This document shows positions 36,971 through 52,805 of a stretch of 64,000 bases of DNA, piece after piece. The notes under the pieces were generated by a model. The model ran no database searches. It was given only the letters and a program-made list of their open reading frames with translations, and had not been told where the DNA came from. The stretch comes from Oikopleura dioica (taxonomy: Eukaryota; Animalia; Chordata): NCBI GenBank assembly GCA_907165135.1, contig OU015567.1, forward strand, positions 3,844,001 to 3,908,000. The letters are read 5' to 3'. Position 1 is the stretch's first letter, and each line of letters starts with the position of its first letter. The position numbers and the translations under genes are program-made.

Positions 36971-38412
36971 TTATTTGTTTCGGGGAAGAATTTCAAACTC
37001 ATGTCCGATTGATCGTCCATTTTCATCAGAGTATGTTTCGGAAGTGATCATTCGTACGATCGCTTTTTCTTTTGTGATTTTTACTGAGACGAAACCGCCA
37101 TCTTCTTGCTTAGAGCTCTAGAAAGAAATGAGTTTTGTCGGTTTTGAGATTTTTACATTTTGATTCGCCCAATAATAGTAGCAGATAGCTTCTCCCATAT
37201 CATTTCCTTGTTTCTCGAATTTTGGATGGCAGCCTGATCGAGTCGGAATATCCTGGCCCAAGTACTGCTCAAATAGCATTGTTTCTGTATCATAATGGGC
37301 TCCTGCTCCTGTGGTAATGTAATGCACAGACCCTGAAAACATAGAAGAGATTCTATAAGAGATCCTTCCCCTTACCTGGCAGCTCAAAGTCGAGACCTTC
37401 TGGTTGAATCTTTGGTGATCTCGTTGCATGTTCATGTGTATGCCGGTGCCCTTGAAAATACGCTTGAACTCCGTACTTCTCAAAAAGCGGGTCGAGATGA
37501 CGGAAGAGCTGATAGTCCCAGATGCCACCAGTTTCGACAATTTGATAATGTCCCGCTGCGAACAGATAGTCAACATCGCCAGAACTCTCAAGCTCGTTTT
37601 CAACCCATTCCCAAGCCCATTCTACGAGCTCGGGAAAAAGTGGGTTCAGTCGTTTTAGCTCGCAGTCCAAGTTGTACGGGTTTTTGCAGTTTTGATCAGT
37701 CCGATCTGGGCCTGGTTTCTTGCTACTGTGAATGCCAGTAAGAGAAGTCGTCTCAATCATGATGATTTTGACCTTCGTATCATCGGACGTTGTGTATTCG
37801 ATGGTGTAAAAGAGATCTGGAAAGGTCCATCTGCCAGAGCCATGAGCACTGTACTCAATCTGCGCCCATCCATTCCCTTTTCGATCCCCTTCAGTATCTG
37901 CCGGTAGCATCGCCCAATCATGATTTCCCAAAGTCGGGTACCAAGGAACCATCATTTCTTGCGAATCATAAACCAGCTCAAATGTCCGTTCCCATTGTCG
38001 ATCCCGAATCGATTCGACCCCGTTGTGGTAGAAATTGTCTCCAAGAGGGATGATAAAAGATGGCTTACTGTAGAAAAACTCTAGAGGAAAGCACTTACAG
38101 GATTCTCAATTGCGTAGTCCATAAGAGCTCTAGCGCCATTTAGTTGAAGATTATTCGTGTAATAGGGCGCGGGAAGGCCTTTTTAAGGCTCTTTTTATGT
38201 TCTCATAAAACTTGGGAAGTGACTTTTTATCATAATTTCAAGAGCCCAAAACCTCCCCAGTCACCCATCACGACAAAATCCATTTCCTCCGTCGCAACAT
38301 TTTTAACAATTCGAAAAGTCTCTCTTGTTAGTCCATCTGAGCTCGTGAAATTTCCAGAGGGCGGTATGACCTCTCCAAAGATCAAAGTGAGAAACGAAGT
38401 CTTCAGAATCAT
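36971..38412 (-). CDS. Purple/tartrate-resistant acid phosphatase (ACP5-like metallophosphoesterase)
   Basis: Motifs VMGDWGG, LGDNFY, WYPTLGNHD, AAGHY, YFQGHRH, TTGAGA, and C-terminal GGFVSVKI. Confidence 0.88.
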
Positions 38413-40345
38413 TTTCAACGACTAGACAACTGAGGAATTAAGATGGCAAGTTCAGAAAATAACATCTGATTCGGGTCTCATGATTTTCGCTGTTTTCTTC
38501 CTTGATTTCAAAGAGGACAGCTATTTTTAGAAGAAAAGGATTAATAATCAAAGAAATCAGCAGAGCATTTCGGCCATTAGTTGTCAAACATCAAGTCCAG
38601 CGCGTAAAAATGATTTACGCCGAAGAAGCTTGTCGTGTCATAAACCCGTGCTAAAAATAATTTAGCGCGATGCACATACATAGATCGTTTGTTTTAAACG
38701 ATGCGCTTGATCCTTTTAGACCGTATAGTGGCAATAAGGACATGGATCGTGTTCTTTGTCGATAAAGATCGTACTCAAATGTGGTTTGATTTTTTTGTTT
38801 CTGGGGGAGAGACATTATCTTGTATCATGAAAAATTATTTTCATGAATGAAAATTTTTCGAATTTACTTTTGTAAAGAAGTCAAAATTCTTGCTTGTTTA
38901 TTTTTCTTCTGAGTTTGTTGAACTTTCAGAATCCTGTTGTGGAATGTGGCAACAATAAGAAGGAAGCACCCTGTGTTTTTTCTAAGCTCAGCTGGCTTAG
39001 CGCTCGCTCCCATGGAATTTCTCGCTGTTACAAGTAAAGCGATACTGTCAATCGAACCTCGCACTCGGCTTTTCTTTTCAATCAGAATGCCTGACTGTCG
39101 GGGGAGTCTAGACAAAATGCAAAAAATGACCCAGTTTCGCAATTTTTTCTTCGATTTCTCCAAAAATGATCGTTTCCGGGGACCCAAATAACCCTCAAAT
39201 AAACCGACCGGATCTATAATCAAAATATCATGAGCCTCTTAGGCGTCAAAGAAAAGGAAGAAACGACTTAGCTTGGTACTACGGCTGTCTACTTCCTCTG
39301 AGACCATCAATACTTCCGATAATACCTCCGTGGTTTCATCAGGTGCTGCAGCGAGTATATCTTGAAACAGAAACAGGTCTAGATGGTGATTTCCGACGAA
39401 GGATGTTTCTGACGCAAATAATATTTTGAACTTTGAAATTGAAAAATTCCAATTTTTCTTCAAGATTCACCCTGTCGACCTGGGGTAGACGAGATCAAGA
39501 GCTCGTTAGTGAAGGAGTTTTACTGTAGTCACTCGTGGATTATCGCGTCATCTGACGTTGTTGTGCGAATTCCACGTTTTCAGCCATGAGGGTTCAATAC
39601 ATATCAACCTTCATCACCTTTGTCGATCATCAATTTCCAAGCGTCAAAAATAAAGCACGAACCCACTGACAAAAATTATTTTTCAAAAAGTAGGGCCAAA
39701 AACTGGTAGCTTTTCTTTATATTTTTCTTTTCCATCGAACTTTATGGTCGATACTGAATTTGTAACGAATGTAACAAATGTAACGAATGTAACGAGTTTG
39801 CTGACAATGTAACGAAAACGGAGACATGTTGTTTTTTATTAGCTGATTCTAGAAACTTTTTCTAAAAAGCGATCTTGGGGAGTTTCACTTTCTACAATAA
39901 TTTAACATATCCAAAAGAGCAAATACAATATTTTATTTCAAGAAAACAAAGAAATCAAATATTCAAAAATTGTATAAAATGACCAAATTTTGGTCAAAAT
40001 TTTCGCATATTTTTGTTGATTCTAGTCGCCTCTTTCTTTATTTATATTTTTTTGATGCATTTTCTAGGAGATTCTTGATAGAAACGGCTAGAATAATTGA
40101 AAAACGAGACCTTTCATTCAAAAAATGAATCATACTTAACAAGTCCGAATAAAACTTCCATAAAGATTTGAATATAAAAAGGAGAACATACTCATAATTT
40201 GATGTCAGAATCGAACAACACTCAACAGAAAAGCCTGGCAAAGTCGCGAGGGCGCTCCAGAAGTACTTCCTGCGCGAGCGCTAATAGCTTCAATAATTAC
40301 CCTCGCAGAAATTCCATTCTTGAGAAATAAATCAGAGCACGAAAC

Positions 40346-41200
40346 ATGAAAACTTTACTTTTTGCAATTTTACTTTTTGAGCAGATTTTGGCGGGCAGCG
40401 AAAAATGGAAGCGAGTTCCGAATACAGAAATTGAAGTCATGGATTTCGACGGTCTTTATGGAAAGAGAAAGGCCTGTGGAATTAATCCTGTAAAGAAAAC
40501 CCCTCCCTGTAAGTCATTTTCTTCATTACAGCCAGTCGACTGTTTGTCAAACAAAGATGACTTTTGGGCTTGAAGGATTTTGAGCAGATTAAAAGCTAAT
40601 CCGAGTCGTAACTTTGTGCTTTAGTATTTGCCGGTGAAATGCGCCAAGTTCATTGTCACATCTATTTCTGTCGCCAGTCGGATTTTGAAGATAAGCTGGA
40701 AAAATGGAAATGCACGAGTTGTGCGGAAAATACTCCTGAATGCAAGGTAAATAAAAGAAGGCTTTATGTTGTTTTTGGAAACCATAATTGTAGATTTGCC
40801 AAGATTAATATAAATTTTTAAAAATTCTACCTTCAGTGAATAACCAATCTCACGACCCTCATTTTTATAGCATCTGTTATCCATACCTCTCAGTATTTTT
40901 ACCTAGGAGAATTTCATATTCTGAATATATATCAAAATCTTTTAGGACTATCAGCTCCGGCGTCAGCGCCGAAATCTTTCCAACTCATCCCAAGCCGATG
41001 ATCCACGAGACCGCCGTCACATCGCCCGTCGTTCGCGAAAACTAGAATACCGTCGGATGAAGCGTCTGGCGCTGAAAAAGAAACGCACTGAAGAGCGCGA
41101 TGCGATAAAGCGAAAACGTGCCGAAGAACGGGCTGCGCGACGACGTCAGAAGAAAATCCTACGGTCTGGCAAGAAAAAATCAGCCACACAAGAAGCTTGA
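40346..41200 (+). CDS. Secreted protein with a Cys cluster and a highly basic Arg/Lys tail
   Basis: Signal peptide MKTLLFAILLFEQILAG. Exon VHCHIYFCRQSD...KCTSCAENTPECK. Last exon ...RRSRKLEYRRMKRLALKKKRTEE...KKSATQEA*. Confidence 0.55.
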
Positions 41201-41758
41201 AGATTGATGAGAATTCATTTGCTCGTGAGATTATACTTACATGTGAAATACTTGGCTAATGTATAAATTTAACTGAAGGATAAATTAAATTTTTATGAAA
41301 ATGCTCTCATTTGCAGAATTTTACAGAGTGATACCTTTAATACTAAAATCGGATTTGTCGCTATACCTTGATAAGTAAGTCCTCTTTAAAAGAGCCCTCT
41401 TTTGTAATTTCGGAAGAAAGTAAAAAACGCGTTCAACCTTCCAAAAACACGCCACGGTTGATTTTTAAAGAGCTGGAATTAATTGTTTATGTCATGCTGA
41501 CTTGACCGTTTTATTTTGATTTATGTTGGAGATCATCTGCGATGAAAGCTGAAAATGCTCAGGCAGAAATCAAAAAAATAATAACCGACCCAATCTGCGC
41601 AAATCCAGCTCATCCACTTGAACAACTGGCGGTCTAGTTTCGCGCTCCCAGGAACATAATTACCGGACACGCTCTCCGGCGCCCCCTGAGCTTTTCGTGA
41701 TACAAATTAACGGTCCCGCCGAGATTAATTTATTCTGTTACTCTCGATTAGAGAAAAG

Positions 41759-42795
41759 ATGATGGTCTCTGTTTTTGCAATTTTTGGACTCACAGCCGCT
41801 TTTCCAAAGAAATTAAGTAAGCTTCAGCAAATTTTTACTATAACTGACGGACTTTTTTAGGGTTCGAAGAGAACCAGCAGAAACTTAGCCCAGCTGACGA
41901 TTGTGGTCACGTGGTCCTTAGAGAAAACAGCTCTTCTGGATTCATCGAGACCTCACACTATTTCATTCGAGAGGGGGAAGATAGATTGAAGTGCAAATGG
42001 GATGTAAAAACAAATTGCCACGGAGGACTTTTTAAATGGCGATTTGATCAGTTTGATACCAAAGGACGGGACAACGATAGTTTTGTACATGATCGAGAAA
42101 CATTTTTTAATTTATCAGTATTTTCGGCTTCAAAAAAAATCATAAACAGATAAAAAAAATGGGTGTAGGGCGGCTTCGTTCGCAATTTGCGAACGCCGTT
42201 CGTAATCTTGCGAACGCCGTTCGCAACGAAAAAAAATCTTGTTGTGAGTGTGCGCTTTGCGCCTTTTCTGGTAGAGAACTCATTGGCTTGGCAGGATCAG
42301 TCTTTTTCTACCGCTGGGACACATTTTGAAAAAAGTTGTGAACGATTTTCGGCCAAAAATTTTTCGATTTTGCGAACGCCGTTCGTAATTTGCGAACGCC
42401 GTTCGCAAAATGGCCCTTGCGAACGAAGCCGCCCGCCACCCAAAAATCAGACTTATGGGAAGGGCTCTGGTTTTTTTTCTCGAGAATAACACAATTTTGA
42501 CCTTAAAAAAGACCGATCAAACGAAGTCCTGTACGATTCTATCTTCGAGACTCAAAACTCGAAATCCCCAGCGACCTCAGAATCAGAATCATTTTGCGAA
42601 TCTGATTTTGTCAACCTGCATTTCATCGAAAACAAAATTTACAACTTATGCTCTCAAAATGAAATCAAGGAAGAAAACACAACCGACCCGAGAGATTTTT
42701 CTAAATGGAAAGTCGCGTTTGGAAAGAGCTTCAAAATCGACTTTCAGACGAGCCATTTAGTCTATGGATTCAAGCTCTCGTGGGAATGTGTTTAA
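41759..42795 (+). CDS. Small secreted single-CUB-domain protein
   Basis: Signal MMVSVFAIFGLTAA. CGHVVL...SSGFIETSHY...CKWDV...RFDQFD, then FCESDFVNL...NLCSQ...FQTSHLVYGFKLSWECV*. Confidence 0.7.
42161..42441. mobile_element. MITE-like element in the CUB gene intron
   Basis: 25-bp TIR GGGTG(TA/GC)GGGCGGCTTCGTTCGCAA (23/25 match). Four internal TTGCGAACGCCGTTCG(T/C)AA palindromes. Possible 6-bp TSD AAAAAT (low complexity). Confidence 0.8.
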
Positions 42796-42998
42796 TCCGC
42801 TCTCTTTTATAAAAAAAACTGTACAGATTCTTTTAATAAACTTAATTTATAAAGGTTTATTGATCGAGGTACCAGGCAATTCGATTTTTACGCATTTGGG
42901 TTTGATCTAGTTCCGTTTCCAGGCGATTCAGGGCGCGAGAATAGATTCCCGATTTGTCCGCTACTTCGTTATTGCTGTTGTTCATGTCTTAACAACAG

Positions 42999-45345
<2,347 letters not shown>

Positions 45346-45658
45346 GTTTCACTCCAGCTTCTGTTTTCCTGGAAATTCTAGGAGGTTCTCAACTGAACTT
45401 TTGTTTCTTTTAAATCGTCAACAATCTTCGAATTTATCTCTATTCTCGAAAAATGAGGTCGTTCTTTTTTGTTTCTCTTCGAAAAAAATGCACAAGGGGT
45501 TTTCGCCTAAATCGTAAAGTACTGCGGCGCTAAGCCAAGTTGCTAATCGAGAGAGGGGAAAAATTGCGTGCCCAGCGGACGAGTCACTTGTCCCCTCGGG
45601 CGAGAGGTCGTCAGTCCTCGCAATTTTCGCGCTTCTTCGGTTCCGGTCGGTTCAAAAT

Positions 45659-45686
45659 GGGCTAGGGTTAGGGTTAGAGTTAGGGG
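45659..45686 (+). promoter_or_regulatory. Telomere-like G-rich tract with G-quadruplex potential between divergent genes
   Basis: GGG CTA GGG TTA GGG TTAGAGTTA GGGG. Confidence 0.45.
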
Positions 45687-45751
45687 CAGCTCAAAAGAGC
45701 ATTGGATTCATTGGTGAAAGGCCCAATCCTTCTGATTATTTATCATCGTCG

Positions 45752-48700
45752 ATGAAAGAATTCAATGTCATTTATTTGTTCAAATTCGTAAGCTTTCCAT
45801 CAAATCGCGCTAATCTTCCAGCGAGATCTTCCTCCGCGGCGGGAGAGTCCTCCGCGCTCGACTCCATGGGATCAGCCATAAAATGCCATTTTCCCCAAGA
45901 TTTGAAACTTCTGAATTTTCTATTTTGCATAAACAAGCTTGAAGAGAAATAAAGAATAATTTTTAGAAAGTAAATGGCATGAGAAAATCAAGAACGAATG
46001 GGAACGAGTTTGCGAGGAAATGCTTTTGAGAAATCGTTCAAGGATGCCTTCAGGTATGATTATTACCGTATAAGAAAATTTCCTTTTCGTTGACTGGGTA
46101 TGACGCTGGAATAAATTCAGAGGAAATTATATTACCGTCGGTTTCGTAAGGGTCGGTAGCTTTTATTTGCGAAAATTTATTGTAATTTATTTCAAATTTA
46201 TTGTTCCGGTTCAAAAACCAATATGTGTGATGACGATTTTAATAAATTTCCTGTAAAATTTATTTAAAAAATAAATCTTCACGGTACTCGCGCCGCATAT
46301 AAACGTTCAGTGGCTCACTTTGGGATCCGGCGTAGAGGACTGATTTTGGCACCATCCACTGTAAATTAACATGAGTTTAAAGGAGAATCTTTTTGTTTTG
46401 ACCTTTTTATGCTAATATTTTTATTAATATATTCAATTTGAAATCGTCCGTCAAATTGTTTCGACTCATCGTTTTGAAATCGTAAATACCGCGGATTATA
46501 TTGAAATTTTAAATTGAAAATTGCAAATTATCGCGAATTTCCGAAAATTTGAATTTGAATTATCAATTTTATGAAAATATCTCTTTCAGCGGCCCTGTTT
46601 AATTTATTCAATTTTGAAATTGGTTTATTTTTTCTGAAAAATTTATTCAGAAACGAGTTCGGAGATGAGCCAATTTTCAATTCCCGTTCGATGGTCAAAG
46701 TCACCTTTAAATTCGCCGAACTGATCAGAAAAGGTGAAAACTGCCGCGTAAACCCGCGTTTTTTACGTTTTTCTTTAGCCGCGATTCGCGATGAATTCGC
46801 AACTTTCGACGCCAACGACATTATTTCGGTCCTGGACGCGCATTCTAGCGTCATTCGCTACGTTTCTGTAATTATGCCGCGCCAGGATCGGACTTGCTTC
46901 AACACAGTAGATTTCAATTACCGCTGCGATTCGCTGCTTGCTGAGCTGTATCAGAATGAGATTTTTTATCCAGAAAAGATTCAAATGAAATGGAGAATGA
47001 TTGTTAGAAACTTTGTCGAAATTAATGGAATTCAGGTAAAAGCTTGTTAAAGCTCGAAAGATAGTGCTTCCTGGCTGAAAATAAGGGCGCAGAAAAAGAT
47101 AATTTTAAAAACGAAAATTATTCAGTTCTCGATTATTTACGATAGAAGATGGCTTTTCGCGATTTCTTTAATGAATTCGCTTTATAATTCTTCAAAAAGC
47201 GGAAACTGCGATTATTAGATCGCTTATAATCAAAATTCAAAATTTGACTTTCAAATTGAGTGGCTCTCAAACGGCCAAATGATGTGTTCGCTAGATCCGT
47301 CTGAAATAAAGAATTCCCGAATAATTAAAACGGTCGAAATCCGGGTCAGATAGCGGAATTATCCGATTCGAGAGCAATTCATGATGCCGAGGAGTCCAAT
47401 TTTGAGTGGAATCGGCCAGATTTCAATTGCAATCGTCCATGAGCTGAATAATTTTCGAATAGACACTGCGTTGACAATCTGTTTTAGTACATTCGAAACG
47501 ATCTGAATCAAAATGAGCAGCCGAAGCACACGATCGTAACGATCGACGAAATTCTCTGCGCACCATGCTTGAAAACGACCCAAAAGACATTCGACCATTT
47601 ACCCGCTTTAATTGTGATCCTCTTCATGTGCCTTTTTATTTATACTGGACGGGCGCTTCTTCGTACTACAGAAGGTTGAACAAACTACAAAATAATTCTC
47701 TTGCTTCCAATTTCTCATTTATCACTTCATGAACTATCTTTACATCTGTAGCTTCTGAGATTCGACTGTACATACTTACATGCTATCATCATCGAGATTT
47801 TTACCATTCAGAAACTTCTTCTTTTGAAAATACATCCATTCTTTGCCAAATTAAGAGCCTCCCGAACAGAAAATCTCAAGAAAAATGGGCTAGGAAGCAC
47901 CCTAAAATACTCCGAAAACAACTCTTTTTAGAGAAATCTCTGGACAATGGTCTTCGGAGTTTTAAATTCAGGAGAACCTCCGCCTCAAATTCCTCCGAAA
48001 TTCTATGCAGGCGACCAGTTTCCATTTACAGAACTCTATGGCTTTGGCGCGACGAATCCGAGCAAATCTACTCATCTTGTCCTAAAAGAGTAAGTCTGTC
48101 TGGAGATATCTAGGGCTATTTTGATATCTAGAAGCTAGAAATTACCATTTCTCTCCGGCTTGTTATGGAATCATTGAATAAATTTGATGATGAAACCGGT
48201 GATAATTCCAGATTCCAAAATGCTCAAATAAAGGAATAAACTCGAATCCCATTTTCAGAATTCTCCAGGCGAAGGAACACCTTCCCCTAAATTGGTTCTC
48301 CGACATCTGGAGTTGTATCGCTTCGGATCGTTCTCTGTTGATTCTTCGTTTCCCGTCGCCAAGGAATTTCATCCTTGGGTTCACGTATGCAACGCTGGAC
48401 TGGATCGTCGACAGACAATCATCGTTCGGAGAATATGGACATCTCTCGCCAATGCGACCCGTGGCGATTGTCGTTGTTGCGAGTTTGACGCACAAGCGCG
48501 ATATAGGTAATACAACTAATCAACATATCACACGGAATGTAGACATAAACCGTTAATGATATACGTCAACAATTTTGAAATTTAGCGACTCTCATTAAAA
48601 AACGCCTCGAATACCTACCAATTTTCATCACCACCGCGGAAGATTTTCTTCACAAGACCGCTTCGAAATCTCTGCTTCTCGATTCCGTCGAGAAAATCAT

Positions 48701-51700
48701 CATTCAAGACCCTGCCGAATTTCTTCATCTTGCACCGATTCATCAAGTTATCAAACAAGTTCAAAGCGCAGTCCAAACAACTGATGGAATTGGAATTGAA
48801 AGCCTCAATCTTTACCTCGACTCCACGCGCGCTTTTCCTGAGTTTTTACAGTACTTTAATGCGGACGACTCTCTGTACATAACCGACAATCTCGTGGAGT
48901 CCCACGCTCTTCAAGGGACGAAAATGGTCGTTTCCAATCATCCAGTCATTCCAAAAGTCGCGAAAGATGCGTTTTTCGGGAAAACTTTCCCGGTTGAAAT
49001 GTCCGATTTTTCAAAATTCATCGCTGCGCCGAAGCTTTCTTCAATTTCCGTTACACAAATTCCTCCAAACAGCCTGTCCTTCTCTTCCATTCTTTCATCG
49101 TCCCTTTCCTGTCCATTCAATCATCGTGACAAAGTGACAATCGCCGTAACAATTCCTCCATTCCTCGAAGAAGGAAAGTCGATTGTTGGTTGGCAGAAGG
49201 TTCACGATCTATACCTTCAAATTATGCGCGAGTTTCCGGATCAAAAGCTCTTTCCTTCTGATGTGCTTGAAAAGTTCAGCAAGGTCAATCACTGCCCAAT
49301 GATGATAAAAAGAGGTTTTTGTGATGCTCCTTTTTTCTGCAGGAGAAAAGCAGGAGGGAAGGGCCCCACTTATCACAATCATTTCCAACCTTCAGTCGAC
49401 CAAACAGAAAAAGACGAAACTTACATCGTCACAAAAATCAACGATCTGAACGAAATCACTGCCATTGCCAGCTCAAGCGACCTGCCAAAACTTCTCAATC
49501 TCTCCCAGAAACTCAAAAGCATCATGCCAACCGACCAGAACGCGAAAAAATTCAACGTCGGAAAAGACTTCGGCATCGGGACGCTCGTTTCAGTAAGCCA
49601 CATCTTCAACGGGCAAAAAATTAACGCAAGAGGAAGAGTTGAACAAGTGGACATCAAGAGGGATAGATTTCATAATCGCATTTGCGCGTTGCTTCTGCTT
49701 GATACTGAGGAGATTCTTGAAGTGAAAGATGATGATGTCGAAATTGCAGATGAAGAAGTTTTTGGACTGAAAGCTTTTCCGTTGATTTCCACGAAAATTA
49801 TCATCCCAGGTTAGTGTTTGGCACAAAAACCCGTAAAAAAGCCACAGTCATGGTTCTGTTTACACCTAAAACTGGTTTTTAGGCATGAAAAAGGTCTCAT
49901 TTGAGAAATCAAAGGAAGCATGTCTTTTCATGATGAAACTACTCGAGTACAAAAACGAAAAAGTAAAGCTCAAGAAAATCGGATCAATCGATAACGGCCG
50001 AGTGGTTTACGCAGAGGATGTGCTCTTCCGCAGTGGAATTTCACTTGTACTTCAACTTGTGGAAGAAGGATATGGAATGATCGATGAAAGGGACAAGAAT
50101 CAAATTCTGCAGATGCTTCGGGTGAGCCTTGGCAAAGCATCTGTTGGAAAAATAGAGACGGGAACTGCCGAACAAATTCCTTTTTCGGAAATCAAGAAAG
50201 AAGTCTCCCCGCCAAATGAAGAGAAGACTGGCTTCTTTGATTTTCTAAATGATGATGGAAAAATGACACCAGAAGAACAAATGAACGAACTTCTTAGGAC
50301 CTTACGTGAGAGAAGCAAAACGACTGAAGAGAAGACATCATTTGATGGAATGCTCGAAAAAGAGCTGCTGAGAGTCGACCAAAATGAGAGCAAAGATGAA
50401 GAAGAAAAAACTAACGAGGAGGAATCAGAGGAAATGTCCACTGAGACAAGAATGCTCTCGGAAGTAGTAGTCGAAGTGGAGACATTAAATTTAGAGGAAG
50501 AGGGACAAGAAGTCAGGGATTTTTTCGGTGCAAGTCCATCGAAAAATGATGAGCAACAAAGTAAAAAAGCGAATTCACAAGGAGAAATGTCCAATGAAGC
50601 ACTGAATCAACCTGAAGAATCAAAAGAAATTATGCCAGTAGAGGAAGAAGGTCTTGAGAAATCATCATCATTCGAAGAGATCGAAGCGCCCCAGGATTCG
50701 CGCGATACGGCTCAATCTTCAGAGGAGGAAACAATCGAGCTGATTTCTTTGGAGCCTCGAGATCTACCCGTTGATATTGAAGATCTTATTCCGTTCTCGA
50801 TATGTAAATTGAATTTTGCCAGTGTCACAATGGAAGGAGCTTTTTCCGCGGCTCTTTGCGACTTGTCAGACGCCGAAAAAAGTGTGATAAAAAGATTTGA
50901 AGAAATGGCGAAGCTCGGCGAGTTCTCCTCGATACTGGACATAGCGGTCGATCTTCAGACGATTCTTGAGGATGATGAAGAATACGAAAATCCTATAGTG
51001 AAGCACCTTTTTGTCCTTCTTAGCATCAGTTTGCCGAAATGGAAAATAAAGGATGAAGTGGTCTCTGGCTTTTATACTTACATGCTCTCGAGAACGAAAA
51101 GGTTGGACGCTCCGTTGCGGAAGAAAATACTCTTTGATCTTCGAGAAATCTATCGGGAAAAGCCGAATTCAATGCAGAAAAGATTCATTTGTGAAATTTT
51201 GAAAGGATTCGAAGTCTACGATTTCGTCAATCATGAAAACGAGCATTGGCAGCTTTTGCAGTCGTATCTTTGTGAAGAGCAATTTCCTGACTTTGAGTGT
51301 TTCTTCGAGCTCTGGAAAGTAGCCAGTGGCAGAAAGGATACGATAATTACGGCGGAGATTATAAGCTGTGTGAATAAAGTTTGTCTGCTTTTTGCGAACT
51401 TTGGTCGAGACTTCAGCGATGAGCAGAGAACCGGATTCGGAAAAGGTACATTTTTATCGAAAAAGAAACCCCTTCATAAATGATTTCAGGCTTTATCGAA
51501 GACTGGGTGCTTCCCGTCATCACTCAACTCCTCTCCCGACCTTCTCTCCCCGAAAGCATCACTCCGATCTACAAACACGTAATAATAGTAATGAAGGAAA
51601 CTTTGAAACGCTGCTGCTTTGAGCCAGTCGTCGAATTACTTGTTCCAAAAATCGAGAAATTGAAAGAACTCAATCGTCAATTCTCCAATGCAGAAAGAAA

Positions 51701-52403
51701 CAACGATTTTGCTTTGAAAAGTGAACAAGGACTCGGACTCAATGGGATCTTCGGCGCTGTGATAAAAAGTGCAGTTCAGGCGAAGAAGATGATCGGTTTT
51801 AGAAACATGTCTGGCGCGAGTCCGGATCCAAACTTGAGAGAAAGAGATGGAGGGAGAGCTCTGTCTCTCAAGTGGTTGGAGCATCGAGGCTGGATTCAGC
51901 TGAAAACAGATCTGCCAAGGGAAGTGGTGCAAATTGAGTCGTACGATTTCCAGCTGATAGATGCGAAGATCCTCAGAGTTTTTATCAGGGATTCGAAGGG
52001 TCAAAATTTTAGGAAGGTGTTGAAAATTTACGCTAAAAGACTTTATATGACTCTTGAATCAAACTTTTCACACCAGAAAGTCAAACGATCGAATTGCTAG
52101 AAGTAGTCAAGAATGTGCGAGTTGCACCAGTAAGTGCTCGAGTGCTCAAGTTCCGAATCAACAAGTTCAATCGAGATAAATGGGGAAAAGTGAGCTGGCT
52201 GAAGGGATCGTTCTTGAGCAGAGATATTGAAGGAGCTTGGTCAGGTAAAACAGCAGCTCTCCATTAGTGAATACATCTTTTTCAAAGATTTCGAGAATAC
52301 TGATGACGAAGAAGAAGATCTCAATGATCAAGTCCCTCCAGACGACGAGGATGAATTTGATGAAATCGATGGAGATGTCTCCGAGTTGGACATAGTTGAC
52401 TGA
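45752..52403 (+). CDS. TDRD12: TDRD12/Yb-family protein: degenerate DEAD-box, Zn-finger-like motif, extended Tudor, CS domain (5' end unresolved)
   Basis: Exons 48259-48506 and ~48590-49811 resemble the TDRD12 helicase region (IWSCIA, PVAIVVVA, IFITTAEDFL, KIIIQDPAEF, LYITDNLVESHALQG). CPMMIKRGFCDAPFFC..H, then a Tudor-like segment. CS-like C-terminus KWLEHRGWIQL...FRINKFNRDKWGK with acidic tail (stop 52401-52403). Confidence 0.6.
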
Positions 52404-52805
52404 TGTTCTATCGCTTTCAGGGACCTGTTTCATAACTGCCATTTTTGTTTCCAAATCACAGAAATAAAAGCATTCACGAAACAAAAAATGAAAATATGGC
52501 GAGTTTAAACCATCATATTTCTGAAAGCTTTACTGAAAGGGAATGATGTAACAGTGTTTGATCAGTATTTGCCCTAGAAACTGGTATATTCAAGATCGTA
52601 GTCGATCAACGATCGATTATTCCATAAATTATTTTTTTTACCTTTCAAGACAATTGTATAATAATTGTATTGATTCAAGCGCCTGAAGGAAGCCCTTCTC
52701 TCCAAAAAAATCTCAGCTGCTCTCTTACGCCTTCCGGATGTGACCTGTATAAAAATCGGAATCTTTAAGTGTCTTCATCATACCTAAACAATCGGCAAAA
52801 AAACG

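Noticed and set aside
38860-39660. Gene or transposon in the ORFs at 38864-39463
   Set aside because: Frames are broken by stops on both strands, and I recognised no motif or consistent splice model.
39769-39816. AATGTAACG short tandem repeat
   Set aside because: Only about four 9-bp units in AT-rich intergenic DNA, with no associated structure.
52167-52484. Hydrophobic minus-strand ORF (105 aa) as a membrane protein
   Set aside because: It is the antisense shadow of the acidic last exon of the TDRD12-like gene on the + strand.
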